A stretch of DNA of 62,650 nucleotides, taken from assembly GCA_949373255.1 (NCBI GenBank), contig CASICS010000002.1, forward strand, positions 1 through 62,650, in the 5' to 3' direction. The DNA comes from an uncultured SAR86 cluster bacterium. Lineage in GTDB: Bacteria; Pseudomonadota; Gammaproteobacteria; Magnimaribacterales; AG-339-G14. Both the position numbers and the translations under genes were made by a program. The notes below the pieces were generated by a model. The model did not search any database. It was not told where the DNA came from and was given only the letters and a program-made list of their open reading frames with translations. The first letter of the stretch is position 1. Each line of letters opens with the position of its first letter. This document shows, in pieces, positions 10,647 through 20,186 of the stretch.

Positions 10647-11555
10647 ATGAATAAAAGGAAAGATGCAACTGCCGAAGGGATAGCTAAACAACGTTTGATT
10701 GAAACATTAGCCCATCCTAATAAGCGCGTCATAAATGATCCGTATGCTGCTAGATTCGTTAAAGGAGCTGGTTTGATAAAATTAATTGGTCATAAGCTCA
10801 ATGTTTGGTTGGGTCAAAAGTTAGTACCTGGTTTTCATGAGCATCTAATTTCACGTACTCGCTTTGTTGATGATTTGATTGAAAAAAGTATTTCCGCTGG
10901 AGTGGAACAATATGTCATCCTGGGAGCCGGATACGACATGCGGGCACATCGGCTCAAACTTTCACCTGCATTAAAAATTTTTGAAGTAGATCAACTAGAA
11001 GTTCAAGATAAAAAGCGTTCTAAACTACCTAAAGAATTACTCAATTCAGAAAATATCACTTATGTAAGTGTTGACTTCACTCGCCAATCTTTAGCAAAGC
11101 AACTTTTAGATGCCGGCTTCGATCAAAGCAAATCAACGATCTTTACGCTCGAAGGCGTATCTCAATACATCACTAAAGAAGCACTTGGTTCTACTCTCGA
11201 GGAGATGGCTAAGCTTACTCAAAAAGTGAGTTCATTTTTTTTCATATCTTATGTCGATGAACGTCTCAATGACAATCCCGAAGCCTGCTTTGGCAAAGGT
11301 TACCCAAAAGCTGCAAAACGTTATGCCTTGATAAAAGACTTAACAGCAAAAGTAGCTGAGCCCTGGATATCTTTTTATGATTGTGAAGAAATCAAAAACC
11401 TATTGTCGCAAAATGGTTACGCGATAAAAGAAGATGTAGTGTTAAGTGATCTAAACTCTCAGTACTTTGCTCCTGTTGGAAGAGCCCTTCCTGAAGATCA
11501 GTTATTTAACCTTGAGCGTTTTGTAATAGCAGAATCTAATAATCTCCCTCTATAA
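10647..11555 (+). CDS. SAM-dependent methyltransferase (LCM/YktD-like)
   Basis: DPYA, RTRFVDD, QYVILGAGYDMRAHR, FEVD, EGVSQY. Confidence 0.9.
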   Translation: MNKRKDATAEGIAKQRLIETLAHPNKRVINDPYAARFVKGAGLIKLIGHKLNVWLGQKLVPGFHEHLISRTRFVDDLIEKSISAGVEQYVILGAGYDMRAHRLKLSPALKIFEVDQLEVQDKKRSKLPKELLNSENITYVSVDFTRQSLAKQLLDAGFDQSKSTIFTLEGVSQYITKEALGSTLEEMAKLTQKVSSFFFISYVDERLNDNPEACFGKGYPKAAKRYALIKDLTAKVAEPWISFYDCEEIKNLLSQNGYAIKEDVVLSDLNSQYFAPVGRALPEDQLFNLERFVIAESNNLPL

Positions 11556-11678
11556 TTATTTACTTTGGCTATCGAATCATTGGATCCGCCGGAGGGGAGC
11601 CATAAAATTTAACTCTTCTTATGCGCTATGGTTTGTATGAGAAGAATCTTGATTTAATGATACTTAAAGACTAATTTA

Positions 11679-11770
11679 CTATTCCCACTCAATAGTAACC
11701 CAATTTAAAACCCTTATAGCATATAGGTTTCAAGGGTGTTGAAAAAAATGTGTAACTTTTGTGTAACTTC
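11679..11770 (-). repeat. att-like module 1: guaA 3'-end copy plus TGTGTAAC arm-like repeats
   Basis: 11681-11696 is identical (16 bp) to guaA 14050-14065; TGTGTAACT at 11749 and 11760. Confidence 0.85.
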
Positions 11771-12384
11771 ATTTTAGTATTTTAAAATTCCACCAAAAAA
11801 TAACTGGGGTTATCAGAACGGTTGGAAGCACCCACCATACCCATTCAGGTTCAAAAGGAGGATTAACAACTAAAACAGCTGTAATCACTGCAATAGTTCC
11901 TCCCATCATATTTGTTAAGTGTCTTGAAATTCTCTCTTTTCCTGTAGCAGAATTGTTTTTATAACTCCTAAAATCAGCATAACCCAAAGTAATAGATAAA
12001 AATCCGAAAACCAAAAGAACGATATATTGCGTATTACTATTCAAGAAATAGATTGCAGCTAATACCCACATTCCTATTCCTGAAAAAATCATTAAACAAA
12101 TAGCAATCCAATCCAAAATAGTTGCAACTCCTTTTCTATTTCTTGCAAAGCGCATTCCCGCAAAAGCTAAATAGAAAGAAAAGATAGCTATGAGAAACAA
12201 AAAGATATTACTGCTGATAATAGACATTGGAATAGCTGTTAAGAAGATAGTAGCCATACCCCAGAAGTATGTTCTACCTGAAAGCACATGAAGCTTTTTA
12301 CCTTTCTCAGATGAGAACTGCCAGAGCAGCACAAAACAGAGCAATTGTTCCAGCTATGATATGTATTGGTAATAGAAACTCCAT
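11769..12384 (-). pseudogene. DUF2306-like membrane protein with a +1 frameshift near codon 23-25
   Basis: ATG at 12384 gives MEFLLPIHIIAGTIALFCAALAVLI-stop (12307-12309); the other frame continues SSEKGKKLHVLSGRTY...HLTNMMGG; span 616 nt = 3n+1. Confidence 0.7.
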
Positions 12385-12465
12385 ACCCCCCCTTTTTTTT
12401 AACTTTAAAAAATTTTTGTAACTCTCTACTTGTCGACTTTACAGTTACTAAGTTAAGATTTCTAT

Positions 12466-12918
12466 ATGAATCTGCTCAACAATAAGAATCTCAAATGGAA
12501 GCACTATAATGAAGGTGATAAATTCGATTATCCTATAAAATATTCTGAATCTATTCTAGATGCGAGAGAGGATGGGCGTTTGGAGATATTAGTTAAGTGG
12601 GAACCAAATTGTTATTGTCATTTTCATAGGCATACTGCAGAAACTAGTTCTGTAGTTTTAGAAGGCGAGCTTCATGTCACCGATATCGACATTAAAACTG
12701 GAAAAGAAATTGGGAGGCGTTTAAGAGCTGTAGGAGATTTTGCACATAAAGAGCCGGGAGATGTGCATATGGAACAAGGAGGAGCAAATGGAGCTTTAGT
12801 TCTCTTCAATATTTATGCTCCTGAAGGCGACGGTAAATTAGCAGAATCTTTGAAGAAAGATGGTAGTGTTGCAAGCGCCTCAACTATGGCTAGAATTTTA
12901 AGAAAGCGCAGCAAATAA
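12466..12918 (+). CDS. Cupin domain protein
   Basis: HFHRHxxET..VLEGE and GDVHME cupin motifs; TAAGAT 6 nt before the ATG. Confidence 0.75.
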   Translation: MNLLNNKNLKWKHYNEGDKFDYPIKYSESILDAREDGRLEILVKWEPNCYCHFHRHTAETSSVVLEGELHVTDIDIKTGKEIGRRLRAVGDFAHKEPGDVHMEQGGANGALVLFNIYAPEGDGKLAESLKKDGSVASASTMARILRKRSK

Positions 12919-12928
12919 CTATATTTAG

Positions 12929-13011
12929 TTACTCCCACTCAGTAATTACCTTGTATAGAAACCCAATAGAATCAATAGTTTTAAGGCTTGTTATTTTTTT
13001 TGTGTAACTTC
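12929..13011 (-). repeat. att-like module 2: guaA 3'-end copy plus TGTGTAAC arm-like site
   Basis: ttactcccactcagtaattacc matches module 1 at 17/22; shared aaaccc..atag..ttt.aagg..tgtt; 14 bp ttttgtgtaacttc identical (12998-13011 vs 11757-11770). Confidence 0.8.
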
Positions 13012-13185
13012 TTATATGCCATAATCTAAATCTTCTCTTTAAAATCCTCTTTGTTTCCAACAACCTTCTATTTTCTTGTTACACAGTGTGTAAATCACAC
13101 TGAGTATCTTTTGGGTGACTGTCTCTTCCATTTAAGTACTCAATATTCAAATAATTCAGGAAAACTCTCTTTAGTCTTATAGACT

Positions 13186-14046
13186 TCATAAATTAGAAAT
13201 TTTACTAAGAACTGTTCCGGCTATCTTATCTTGAACTCTTGTTGCACTCCTCATAGCTTTTAAAATAATGGGCTCTTTTACTTCTTTGCTAAATTCCTTT
13301 TTATTTAAGAGATGCTTATACCATTCTAGAACTTTTGGATGTAATTTCTTAAAAGGATAACCAGAAAGAAAAAGCCTGTGGGTATATATAAACCAAGCTA
13401 TATCAAGTAATGATATTTGAACACCTAAAAGGTAGGGTTGCTTAGAAAGGTTAGACTCAAAATTATCATAAAGTTTTTTAAACTTAGAAACAGACTGGAT
13501 AACTGCTTCATCTGTTATTCCTTCTTCGTTAAAGTCTTTAAAAAACGTCAATTCCTTAATTTTATGACTGTCTTCCTTTCCTTGTATAGTTCCTGAATCC
13601 TCTTCAAGTTTTTCTATTGAGCTGGTTTTCTTTTTTCTTGCTTTGTTTCCAAAAAGAAAACGAAAACTAATGTTCCTCATATCAATATGAAGATCATCTT
13701 CTTCATTAAGTAATGTTGATATTAACTCTATGGACTCATTGGGGATTAGAGAAGGTTCAGGGAATTTCTTTTCTAAATATTTGAGTATATCGTTACTTTC
13801 TATATGGACTTCACCATCATCCACAAGCACAGGAACCAAAGCTCTTGGATTAATACCTAAAAACCAGTCTGAATAATTTTCGTCTGTAGCTAAATTTACT
13901 GGATGAGAAACCCATTCTATGCCCTTCAAATTTAAAAATATCCTCGTTTTTTGTGAGCAAGAGGAGTTACTAAAGTGAAGCAGATGAATACCTTTCCACT
14001 CTAGAACTTCTTTAGTTCGGATTTCATCTTTAATTAGCTGCGTCAT
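13186..14046 (-). CDS. Glutathione S-transferase family protein
   Basis: SSCSQKTR, INPRALVPVL, ESNDIL, SLLDI; start reassigned to the ATG at 14046 (MTQLIKD), 1 nt after the guaA stop. Confidence 0.85.
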   Translation of the reverse strand: MTQLIKDEIRTKEVLEWKGIHLLHFSNSSCSQKTRIFLNLKGIEWVSHPVNLATDENYSDWFLGINPRALVPVLVDDGEVHIESNDILKYLEKKFPEPSLIPNESIELISTLLNEEDDLHIDMRNISFRFLFGNKARKKKTSSIEKLEEDSGTIQGKEDSHKIKELTFFKDFNEEGITDEAVIQSVSKFKKLYDNFESNLSKQPYLLGVQISLLDIAWFIYTHRLFLSGYPFKKLHPKVLEWYKHLLNKKEFSKEVKEPIILKAMRSATRVQDKIAGTVLSKISNL

Positions 14047-14047
14047 C

Positions 14048-15610
14048 TCATTCCCACTCAATAGTTGCGGGTGGTTTGCTGGAAATATCATAAACCACTC
14101 TCGAAACCTTTGATATCTCATTGATTATTCGATTTGATACCAAGTTTAAAAAATCATGATCAAGTTTAGCTGCTCTAGCCGTCATAAAGTCTATGGTTTC
14201 TGCTGCTCTTAACGCTATGACGTATTCGTAACGACGGGCATCGCCAACTACGCCCACACTCTTTATCGGTAAAAATACTGCAAAAGCTTGGCTGACTTTG
14301 TCATACAGCTTATGTTTAACCAGCTCTTCCATATAAATGTGATCTGCTTCTTTTAAGATCTCTAATTTTTCTTTTGTAATATCGCCTAAGGTTCGGACTG
14401 CTAAGCCAGGGCCTGGAAAAGGATGCCTTTTGATTAAATAGTCCGGAAGACCAAGTTCTTTACCTATTTTTCTAACCTCATCTTTAAATAAAGAAGTTAA
14501 TGGCTCGACTAAAGGTAATTTCAAATAAGACGGTAAGCCACCAACGTTGTGATGAGACTTTATAACGTGTGCCTTGCCGTTTTTAACACCCGAAGATTCA
14601 ATGACATCTGGATAAATTGTACCTTGAGCTAAGAATGAAATATTTTTTAATTTTTTAGTTTCTTTCAAGAAGACATCAATAAAAGTTTTGCCAATTATTT
14701 TTCTTTTCTTTTCAGGGTCAGACTCCCCTTTTAAATTTTTGAGAAATAACTTCTCACTATCTGAAAAATTAATATTTAATTTTAAACCTCTTTTTAAATC
14801 TTTTTTAACTTGTTCGGCTTCGCCTTTCCTGAGAAGACCATTATCCACAAAAATACATTCAAGATTTTTTCCAATTGCTTTTGAAAGCAAAGCTGCAACT
14901 ACAGATGAATCAACGCCACCCGAGATTCCTAATAATACTTTCTTATCTCCGACTTGAGCTTGAATATCCTCAACGAGCGAATCTATAATATTTTTAGGTC
15001 GCCATTTTCCTGTGCATCCACAAATATCTCTAACAAAAGTTTTTAAGATTGTTTGTCCTTGTTGAGTGTGTGTGACTTCTGGATGAAATTGAAAGCCATA
15101 TTTTTTCAATTTAGCATTTTCAAAAGCAGCAATTGGACTATTTTTAGAAGACGCTACTTTTTTAAACCCTTTTGGCAACTTAGTGACTTTATCGCCATGA
15201 CTCATCCATACATTTAGATTTTTAGTTTTAGATTTCAAACCTTGAAAAATTTTTGCTTTTTGAAACGTTAATTGAGCATGCCCGAATTCTCGTTTAGAAG
15301 AAGAATCAACGTTACCACCAAAATATTTTGCCATAGTTTGCATGCCGTAACAGATTCCTAGAACTGGCAGATCGCTATTGAGGATTTTGGGGTCAAATTT
15401 TAAAGCTTTTTTAGTATTAACGGATTCTGGACCGCCTGACATTATTATTCCAGATGCCTGCATCTCATTAATTTTTTTAAATGAAGTTTCGTGTGGAACT
15501 ATTTCAGAATAAACACCTGCTTCCCTTATTCTTCTTGCAATTAGCTGAGTATATTGCGAGCCAAAGTCAAGGATGATTATTTTTTCAGATGTTATTTCTG
15601 TTTTCACCAA
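14048..15610 (-). CDS. guaA: GMP synthase (glutamine-hydrolyzing)
   Basis: LDFGSQY, GICYGMQ, SGGVDS, KSHHNVGGLP, KPPATIEWE; TTG start. Confidence 0.98.
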   Translation of the reverse strand: MVKTEITSEKIIILDFGSQYTQLIARRIREAGVYSEIVPHETSFKKINEMQASGIIMSGGPESVNTKKALKFDPKILNSDLPVLGICYGMQTMAKYFGGNVDSSSKREFGHAQLTFQKAKIFQGLKSKTKNLNVWMSHGDKVTKLPKGFKKVASSKNSPIAAFENAKLKKYGFQFHPEVTHTQQGQTILKTFVRDICGCTGKWRPKNIIDSLVEDIQAQVGDKKVLLGISGGVDSSVVAALLSKAIGKNLECIFVDNGLLRKGEAEQVKKDLKRGLKLNINFSDSEKLFLKNLKGESDPEKKRKIIGKTFIDVFLKETKKLKNISFLAQGTIYPDVIESSGVKNGKAHVIKSHHNVGGLPSYLKLPLVEPLTSLFKDEVRKIGKELGLPDYLIKRHPFPGPGLAVRTLGDITKEKLEILKEADHIYMEELVKHKLYDKVSQAFAVFLPIKSVGVVGDARRYEYVIALRAAETIDFMTARAAKLDHDFLNLVSNRIINEISKVSRVVYDISSKPPATIEWE

Positions 15611-15611
15611 G

Positions 15612-17078
15612 TTAGCTCATTCGGTAATTGGGAGCTTCTTTGGTCACGCTCACATCATGCACATGACTTTCTGTAATTCCAGAAGAAGTAATTTGAACAA
15701 ACTTAGGTTTTGTTTTCATTGTTTCGATGTCTTTTGAACCGGTATAACCCATACTTTGTCTCAATCCACCCAAGGTTTGATGCAAAGTAGTTTCAACCCA
15801 ACCTTTGTATGGCACTCGACCTTCTATTCCTTCTGGAACTAGTTTGTCGGATTGAGTAATGTTTCCTTGAAAATAGCGATCGCCTGAATTAGCTTCACCC
15901 GACATTGCTCCAACTGAGCCCATGCCTCGATAAGATTTATAACTTCTACCTTGATACAACTCTACTTGTCCAGGTGCCTCTTCCGTTCCAGCCAAGATTC
16001 CACCTAACATAACGGTGTCAGCTCCGGCGGCAATGGCTTTGGCGATATCTCCAGAAAATCTAATGCCGCCATCGGCTATAACTGGCACACCTTTTTTACC
16101 AATTGCTTTAACCACATTCGCAATGGCAGTAATTTGAGGCACTCCGACGCCCGTTACTATTCTTGTGGTACAAATTGATCCGGGACCAATTCCAATCTTT
16201 ACTGCATCAGCACCGGCTTTCACTAAGGCTAAGGCTCCTTCACCTGTGGCAACATTTCCACCAATAACTTGAAGATCTGGGTAAGTAGCTTTTACCAATT
16301 TGACCCTATCAATGATTCCTTTTGAGTGCCCGTGAGCACTGTCGACAACAATTGCATCAACTCCAGCTTGAACTAAAGCCTCAAGTCTTTCTTCGGTATC
16401 AGATCCATTGCCTATGGCTGCACCGGTTAATAGCCTGCCTTCGCTATCCTTGGAAGCAAATGGGAAATCTTTATTTTTATTAATATCTTTAAGAGTGACT
16501 AACCCTTTGAGTTTAAAATTATCATCGACTAACAGTATTTTTTCTATTCTATTTTGATAAAGTAAACCCTTAACGACATCAAGATCTTCATTCTCTTTAG
16601 CCGTAATTAATCTTTCTTTTGGAGTCATGATAGTGCCAACATTCGCGGCAAGATCCAATACGTTTCTAAAGTCTCTTGAAGTCACAATACCAACTAAATT
16701 ACCTTCATCCACTACCGGCATTCCTGAAATGTTTAGATCTTGAGTTAACTTGGTTAATTCACCGACTGTTTTATTTGAAGAAATGGTTATAGGATCTCTT
16801 ACAATGCCACTTTCAAATTTTTTGACAGCAGAAACCTCTTGCGCATGATCTTTAATGGACAAGTTTTTATGAATAATACCAATGCCGCCTAACTCAGCTA
16901 AGGCAATTGCCATTCTTGATTCTGTAACGGTATCCATTGCGGCCGATAGAATAGGAATTTTTAAAGATATATTTTTAGTTAGTTTGGTGGTTAAATCTGC
17001 CTCATGAGGAAGAACCTCAGAATAGTCTGGTACAAGAAGTACGTCGTCAAAAGTTAAAGCTTGTTCTAATAGCAACAT
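15612..17078 (-). CDS. guaB: IMP dehydrogenase
   Basis: [26 protein letters not shown]; CBS pair. Confidence 0.98.
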   Translation of the reverse strand: MLLLEQALTFDDVLLVPDYSEVLPHEADLTTKLTKNISLKIPILSAAMDTVTESRMAIALAELGGIGIIHKNLSIKDHAQEVSAVKKFESGIVRDPITISSNKTVGELTKLTQDLNISGMPVVDEGNLVGIVTSRDFRNVLDLAANVGTIMTPKERLITAKENEDLDVVKGLLYQNRIEKILLVDDNFKLKGLVTLKDINKNKDFPFASKDSEGRLLTGAAIGNGSDTEERLEALVQAGVDAIVVDSAHGHSKGIIDRVKLVKATYPDLQVIGGNVATGEGALALVKAGADAVKIGIGPGSICTTRIVTGVGVPQITAIANVVKAIGKKGVPVIADGGIRFSGDIAKAIAAGADTVMLGGILAGTEEAPGQVELYQGRSYKSYRGMGSVGAMSGEANSGDRYFQGNITQSDKLVPEGIEGRVPYKGWVETTLHQTLGGLRQSMGYTGSKDIETMKTKPKFVQITSSGITESHVHDVSVTKEAPNYRMS

Positions 17079-17084
17079 TTTCAG

Positions 17085-17090
17085 ATTATA
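17085..17090 (-). promoter_or_regulatory. -10 box of guaBA (probable leaderless)
   Basis: Perfect TATAAT 6 nt upstream of the guaB ATG; no SD. Confidence 0.6.
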
Positions 17091-17114
17091 CAGAAACGAT
17101 AAAAAAAATAAACT

Positions 17115-18350
17115 ATGGAAAATATCAATAAATTTAAAGGCTGGCAGATGGTCTATACAGCAATGATGATGGAGTTCTCTGTTGTGGGTTTTGTTTTTTA
17201 TTGTTTTCCGCTCATGTTTTCTGAATTAGAAAGGGATCTTGGCGCCTCGCAATCTCAACTTTCTGGAGCTTTATCTCTGTTCTTTATATTTTCTGCTGCT
17301 GCATCTATAGTACTTGGAAGATTAATAGACAAATACTCAGTAAAAAAAATAATGACCATTGGGGGTGTTATTTTTAGTTTGGGACTCTTTTCAATAGCCT
17401 TTATTGAAAATACTTTTAGCTTGCTTTTAATATACGCAACTTTGTTATCTATTGGTGGCCCTGCCCTTGGCAACATGTCTGTCACAAAATTAGTAGCTAA
17501 TTGGTTTGAAAGCAAAGCTGGAATGGCTTTGGGTATCGCGGCAATAGGAATATCTTTTTCTGGGGTTATTTTACCCATTTTAATCGACCCATTGATTGAT
17601 GGTATTGGCTGGAGAAACGTCTATATTCTTTTTGGGTCAATAGTTGTTTTGATTCTTTTACCAACGGTAAGATTTGTTGTAATTGATACCCCTGAAGAAA
17701 TAGGACAAAAAAAAGATAACTTGGAAACACAGCCTAATGTAAATTTAAATACGGTTTTAATGGATGTTTCAGAGTTTTTTAAGTCAAAAATTTTCTGGAT
17801 AATTTCTCTAACTTTTGCGTTTCAGTTTTTAGCAATGGGAGGCGTTCTCTTGCATCTTCCTTTGCACTCAGAAACTATAGGATTTGATAACGTTTTTTAT
17901 TTTCTTGGTTTGCCGATCAAACAAAATGTATTTGCCTATTCTCTTGCCGCCTTTGGCGGTGTTACAGGAAAAATTCTATTTGGTTATTTAATAGATAAAT
18001 TGAAAGCCAATAAGCCTGTAATGCTTATGATGTTATTACAATCAATAGGTATTTTTGGCTTAACGCTGTCTGATAGTTTTGGATTTTTTACTATCTTTTG
18101 TTTTGTGTTTGGAATGGGGTTTGGCGGCGCTATGGTCTTATTGAGCGCTTGCTTCTTAAAAGCCTTTGGCTCTGTGAATCTAGGTTCAGCCCGAGGTTTT
18201 TCTGCCTTAATCGTAGTCCCTCTGCAGCCAATAGGAATATTTATTGTTGGCAAAGCTTTTGATTTAAATATCTATATAGAGGCTTTTTTAACTATGGGAG
18301 CAGTTACCTTGATTGCAATGGCAATAGGTTCAAGAATTGTTATTAAGTAA
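17115..18350 (+). CDS. MFS transporter (OFA/MCT-like)
   Basis: About 12 TM segments; GRLIDKYS and GYLIDK motif A; NWF..KAGMALG. Confidence 0.88.
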   Translation: MENINKFKGWQMVYTAMMMEFSVVGFVFYCFPLMFSELERDLGASQSQLSGALSLFFIFSAAASIVLGRLIDKYSVKKIMTIGGVIFSLGLFSIAFIENTFSLLLIYATLLSIGGPALGNMSVTKLVANWFESKAGMALGIAAIGISFSGVILPILIDPLIDGIGWRNVYILFGSIVVLILLPTVRFVVIDTPEEIGQKKDNLETQPNVNLNTVLMDVSEFFKSKIFWIISLTFAFQFLAMGGVLLHLPLHSETIGFDNVFYFLGLPIKQNVFAYSLAAFGGVTGKILFGYLIDKLKANKPVMLMMLLQSIGIFGLTLSDSFGFFTIFCFVFGMGFGGAMVLLSACFLKAFGSVNLGSARGFSALIVVPLQPIGIFIVGKAFDLNIYIEAFLTMGAVTLIAMAIGSRIVIK

Positions 18351-18351
18351 G

Positions 18352-18699
18352 TTAGTCTGAATATATAGAGTCAGTTTTTGCTGCGGCAATAAAATCATTT
18401 TTATGTAGACCTTTTATTTTGTGTGACCACCAAGAAACAGTAACTTTTCCCCATTCTAAAATTATCTCTGGATGATGGTCTTCCGATTCTGCCATTGCAG
18501 CAACTTTTGAAACAAAATTTAAACCCTCTAAATAGGCATTGAAAGCAAAGCTACATCTAAGTCTTTTAATATTATTAACATCGATTATTTCCCATGCTGG
18601 AATTTGAGGCTTTAATTCAATAATCTCTTGATCAGTTACTAATGGCGCATCAATATGACAGGCCTCACAGGAATTTTCGATAAGTTTTTTTGAATTCAT
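18352..18699 (-). CDS. phhB: Pterin-4-alpha-carbinolamine dehydratase
   Basis: CEAC, EDHHP, WWSHKIKGLHKNDFIAAAKTD. Confidence 0.92.
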   Translation of the reverse strand: MNSKKLIENSCEACHIDAPLVTDQEIIELKPQIPAWEIIDVNNIKRLRCSFAFNAYLEGLNFVSKVAAMAESEDHHPEIILEWGKVTVSWWSHKIKGLHKNDFIAAAKTDSIYSD

Positions 18700-20103
18700 T
18701 TAATTAATTCCGCCTTTAGTTAATTTAGTAGGATCTAGTAATTTCTTTAATTTTGCTGCGCTTAAATCAGTTTCCTCAATAGCAACATCGATGATCGGTC
18801 TATTTTCTTTATAAGCTTTTTTAGCAATCGCTGCCGCTTTCTCATAGCCAATGATAGGGTTCAAAGCGGTAACTAAAATTGGATTTTTATTCAAAGAGCG
18901 CTCTATTGAGTCTTTATTTACTTTAAAAGTTTTAATAGCTTTATCTGCTAAACCATCCATGCCTCCAGCCAGAATATTGATGCTCTTTAATAAGTTGTAA
19001 CAAATTACTGGCAACATTACATTCAATTGAAAATTACCTGCCTGAGCGGCTACTGTAATAGTCGTATCGTTACCAATCACATCAGCTGCCACCATAGTTA
19101 CTGCTTCAGGTATAACTGGATTGACCTTGCCGGGCATGATGCTACTACCAGGTTGTAATGCTTTAAGTTCAATCTCAGAAAGCCCCGCTAAAGGACCGCT
19201 ATTCATCCACCTCAAATCATTTGATATTTTCATTAAGATAACCGCTAAATTCTTTAGCTCACTCGAAACCTGTAAGGAAGAATCTTGTGCGCTTAGACCT
19301 TGAAAAAGATTATCGCAAGGCTTAAATTTATGACCGGTTAATTTAGAGACTTCAACCGTGAATAATTTTGAAAACTGTGGATGAGCATTGATACCGGTTC
19401 CAATTGCCGTTCCGCCTTGAGGTAACTCTAATAATTTTTGTTCTAAGATTTTTAACATTTCTTTTGAAGATTCTAATTGTGCAGACCATCCGCCAAGCTC
19501 TTGAGAAAAGTCTATTGGCATTGCATCCATTAAGTGGGTTCTACCAGTTTTTATAGTTCCTTTCAAAGAATCAGCTTTTGTGTCTATGGTCTCTATTAAC
19601 TTGTCTAAAGTAGGAAATAATTTATTTACCAAATCCATATGAGCGCTTATCTTTATTGCCGTAGGAATTACATCATTGCTACTTTGACTCATATTTACGT
19701 CATCGTTGGGATCAATTTTAATGCCGCTCGATTTAGAAGCTAAATTAGCAATAACCTCATTGGCGTTCATATTAGAACTTGTTCCGGAGCCGGTTTGAAA
19801 AACATCTAATGGAAACTCTCTATTATGTTTGCTCTGCCAGACTTCTTTTGCTGCTTTTGAAATTGCATTAGCTTTTTTTGGAGCTAAAAGACCTAAGGAT
19901 TTATTAGCTTTAGCCGCAGCATCCTTTATGATTCCAAGAGAGTCTACAAAGGAATTAGTAAATGGAAAATCCATTTTAATTCCGCTTATTGGAAAATTCT
20001 CAACAGCTCTTTGAGTTTGTGCGCCATATAGAGCATTTCTTGGGACATAAACTTCTCCCAAAGTATCTTTTTCTATTCGGTAACCTTTTTTTACTTTTGC
20101 CAT
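18700..20103 (-). CDS. fumC: Class II fumarate hydratase
   Basis: QTGSGTSSNMN, GRTHLMDA, GSSIMPGKVNP; start reassigned to MAKVKK. Confidence 0.95.
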   Translation of the reverse strand: MAKVKKGYRIEKDTLGEVYVPRNALYGAQTQRAVENFPISGIKMDFPFTNSFVDSLGIIKDAAAKANKSLGLLAPKKANAISKAAKEVWQSKHNREFPLDVFQTGSGTSSNMNANEVIANLASKSSGIKIDPNDDVNMSQSSNDVIPTAIKISAHMDLVNKLFPTLDKLIETIDTKADSLKGTIKTGRTHLMDAMPIDFSQELGGWSAQLESSKEMLKILEQKLLELPQGGTAIGTGINAHPQFSKLFTVEVSKLTGHKFKPCDNLFQGLSAQDSSLQVSSELKNLAVILMKISNDLRWMNSGPLAGLSEIELKALQPGSSIMPGKVNPVIPEAVTMVAADVIGNDTTITVAAQAGNFQLNVMLPVICYNLLKSINILAGGMDGLADKAIKTFKVNKDSIERSLNKNPILVTALNPIIGYEKAAAIAKKAYKENRPIIDVAIEETDLSAAKLKKLLDPTKLTKGGIN

Positions 20104-20186
20104 AATTTTTTTATTGTTTAAAATGCAATTGTACAAAAATTTAGTTTATTAATATCAACTAATTTATATTATTTAAAGAGGCAAAT

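Larger units (their letters stand above)
11679..14047. mobile_element. Tandem integrase-less remnants or mini-cassettes inserted at the guaA 3' end
   Basis: Three GAGTGGGA-core guaA-end copies bracket two cargo units; no integrase in between. Confidence 0.65.

Noticed and set aside
11679-13011. Interpreting the repeated modules as a CRISPR array or classical integron attC sites
   Set aside because: Only two copies, 1.25 kb apart, with no cas or intI gene; they lack the RYYYAAC/GTTRRRY-bounded long palindrome; the match to the guaA end explains them better.
14047-14121. ORF-track N-terminal extension of the GST (MRYQRF...)
   Set aside because: It overlaps the conserved guaA 3' end in another frame; the ATG at 14046 is the more plausible start.
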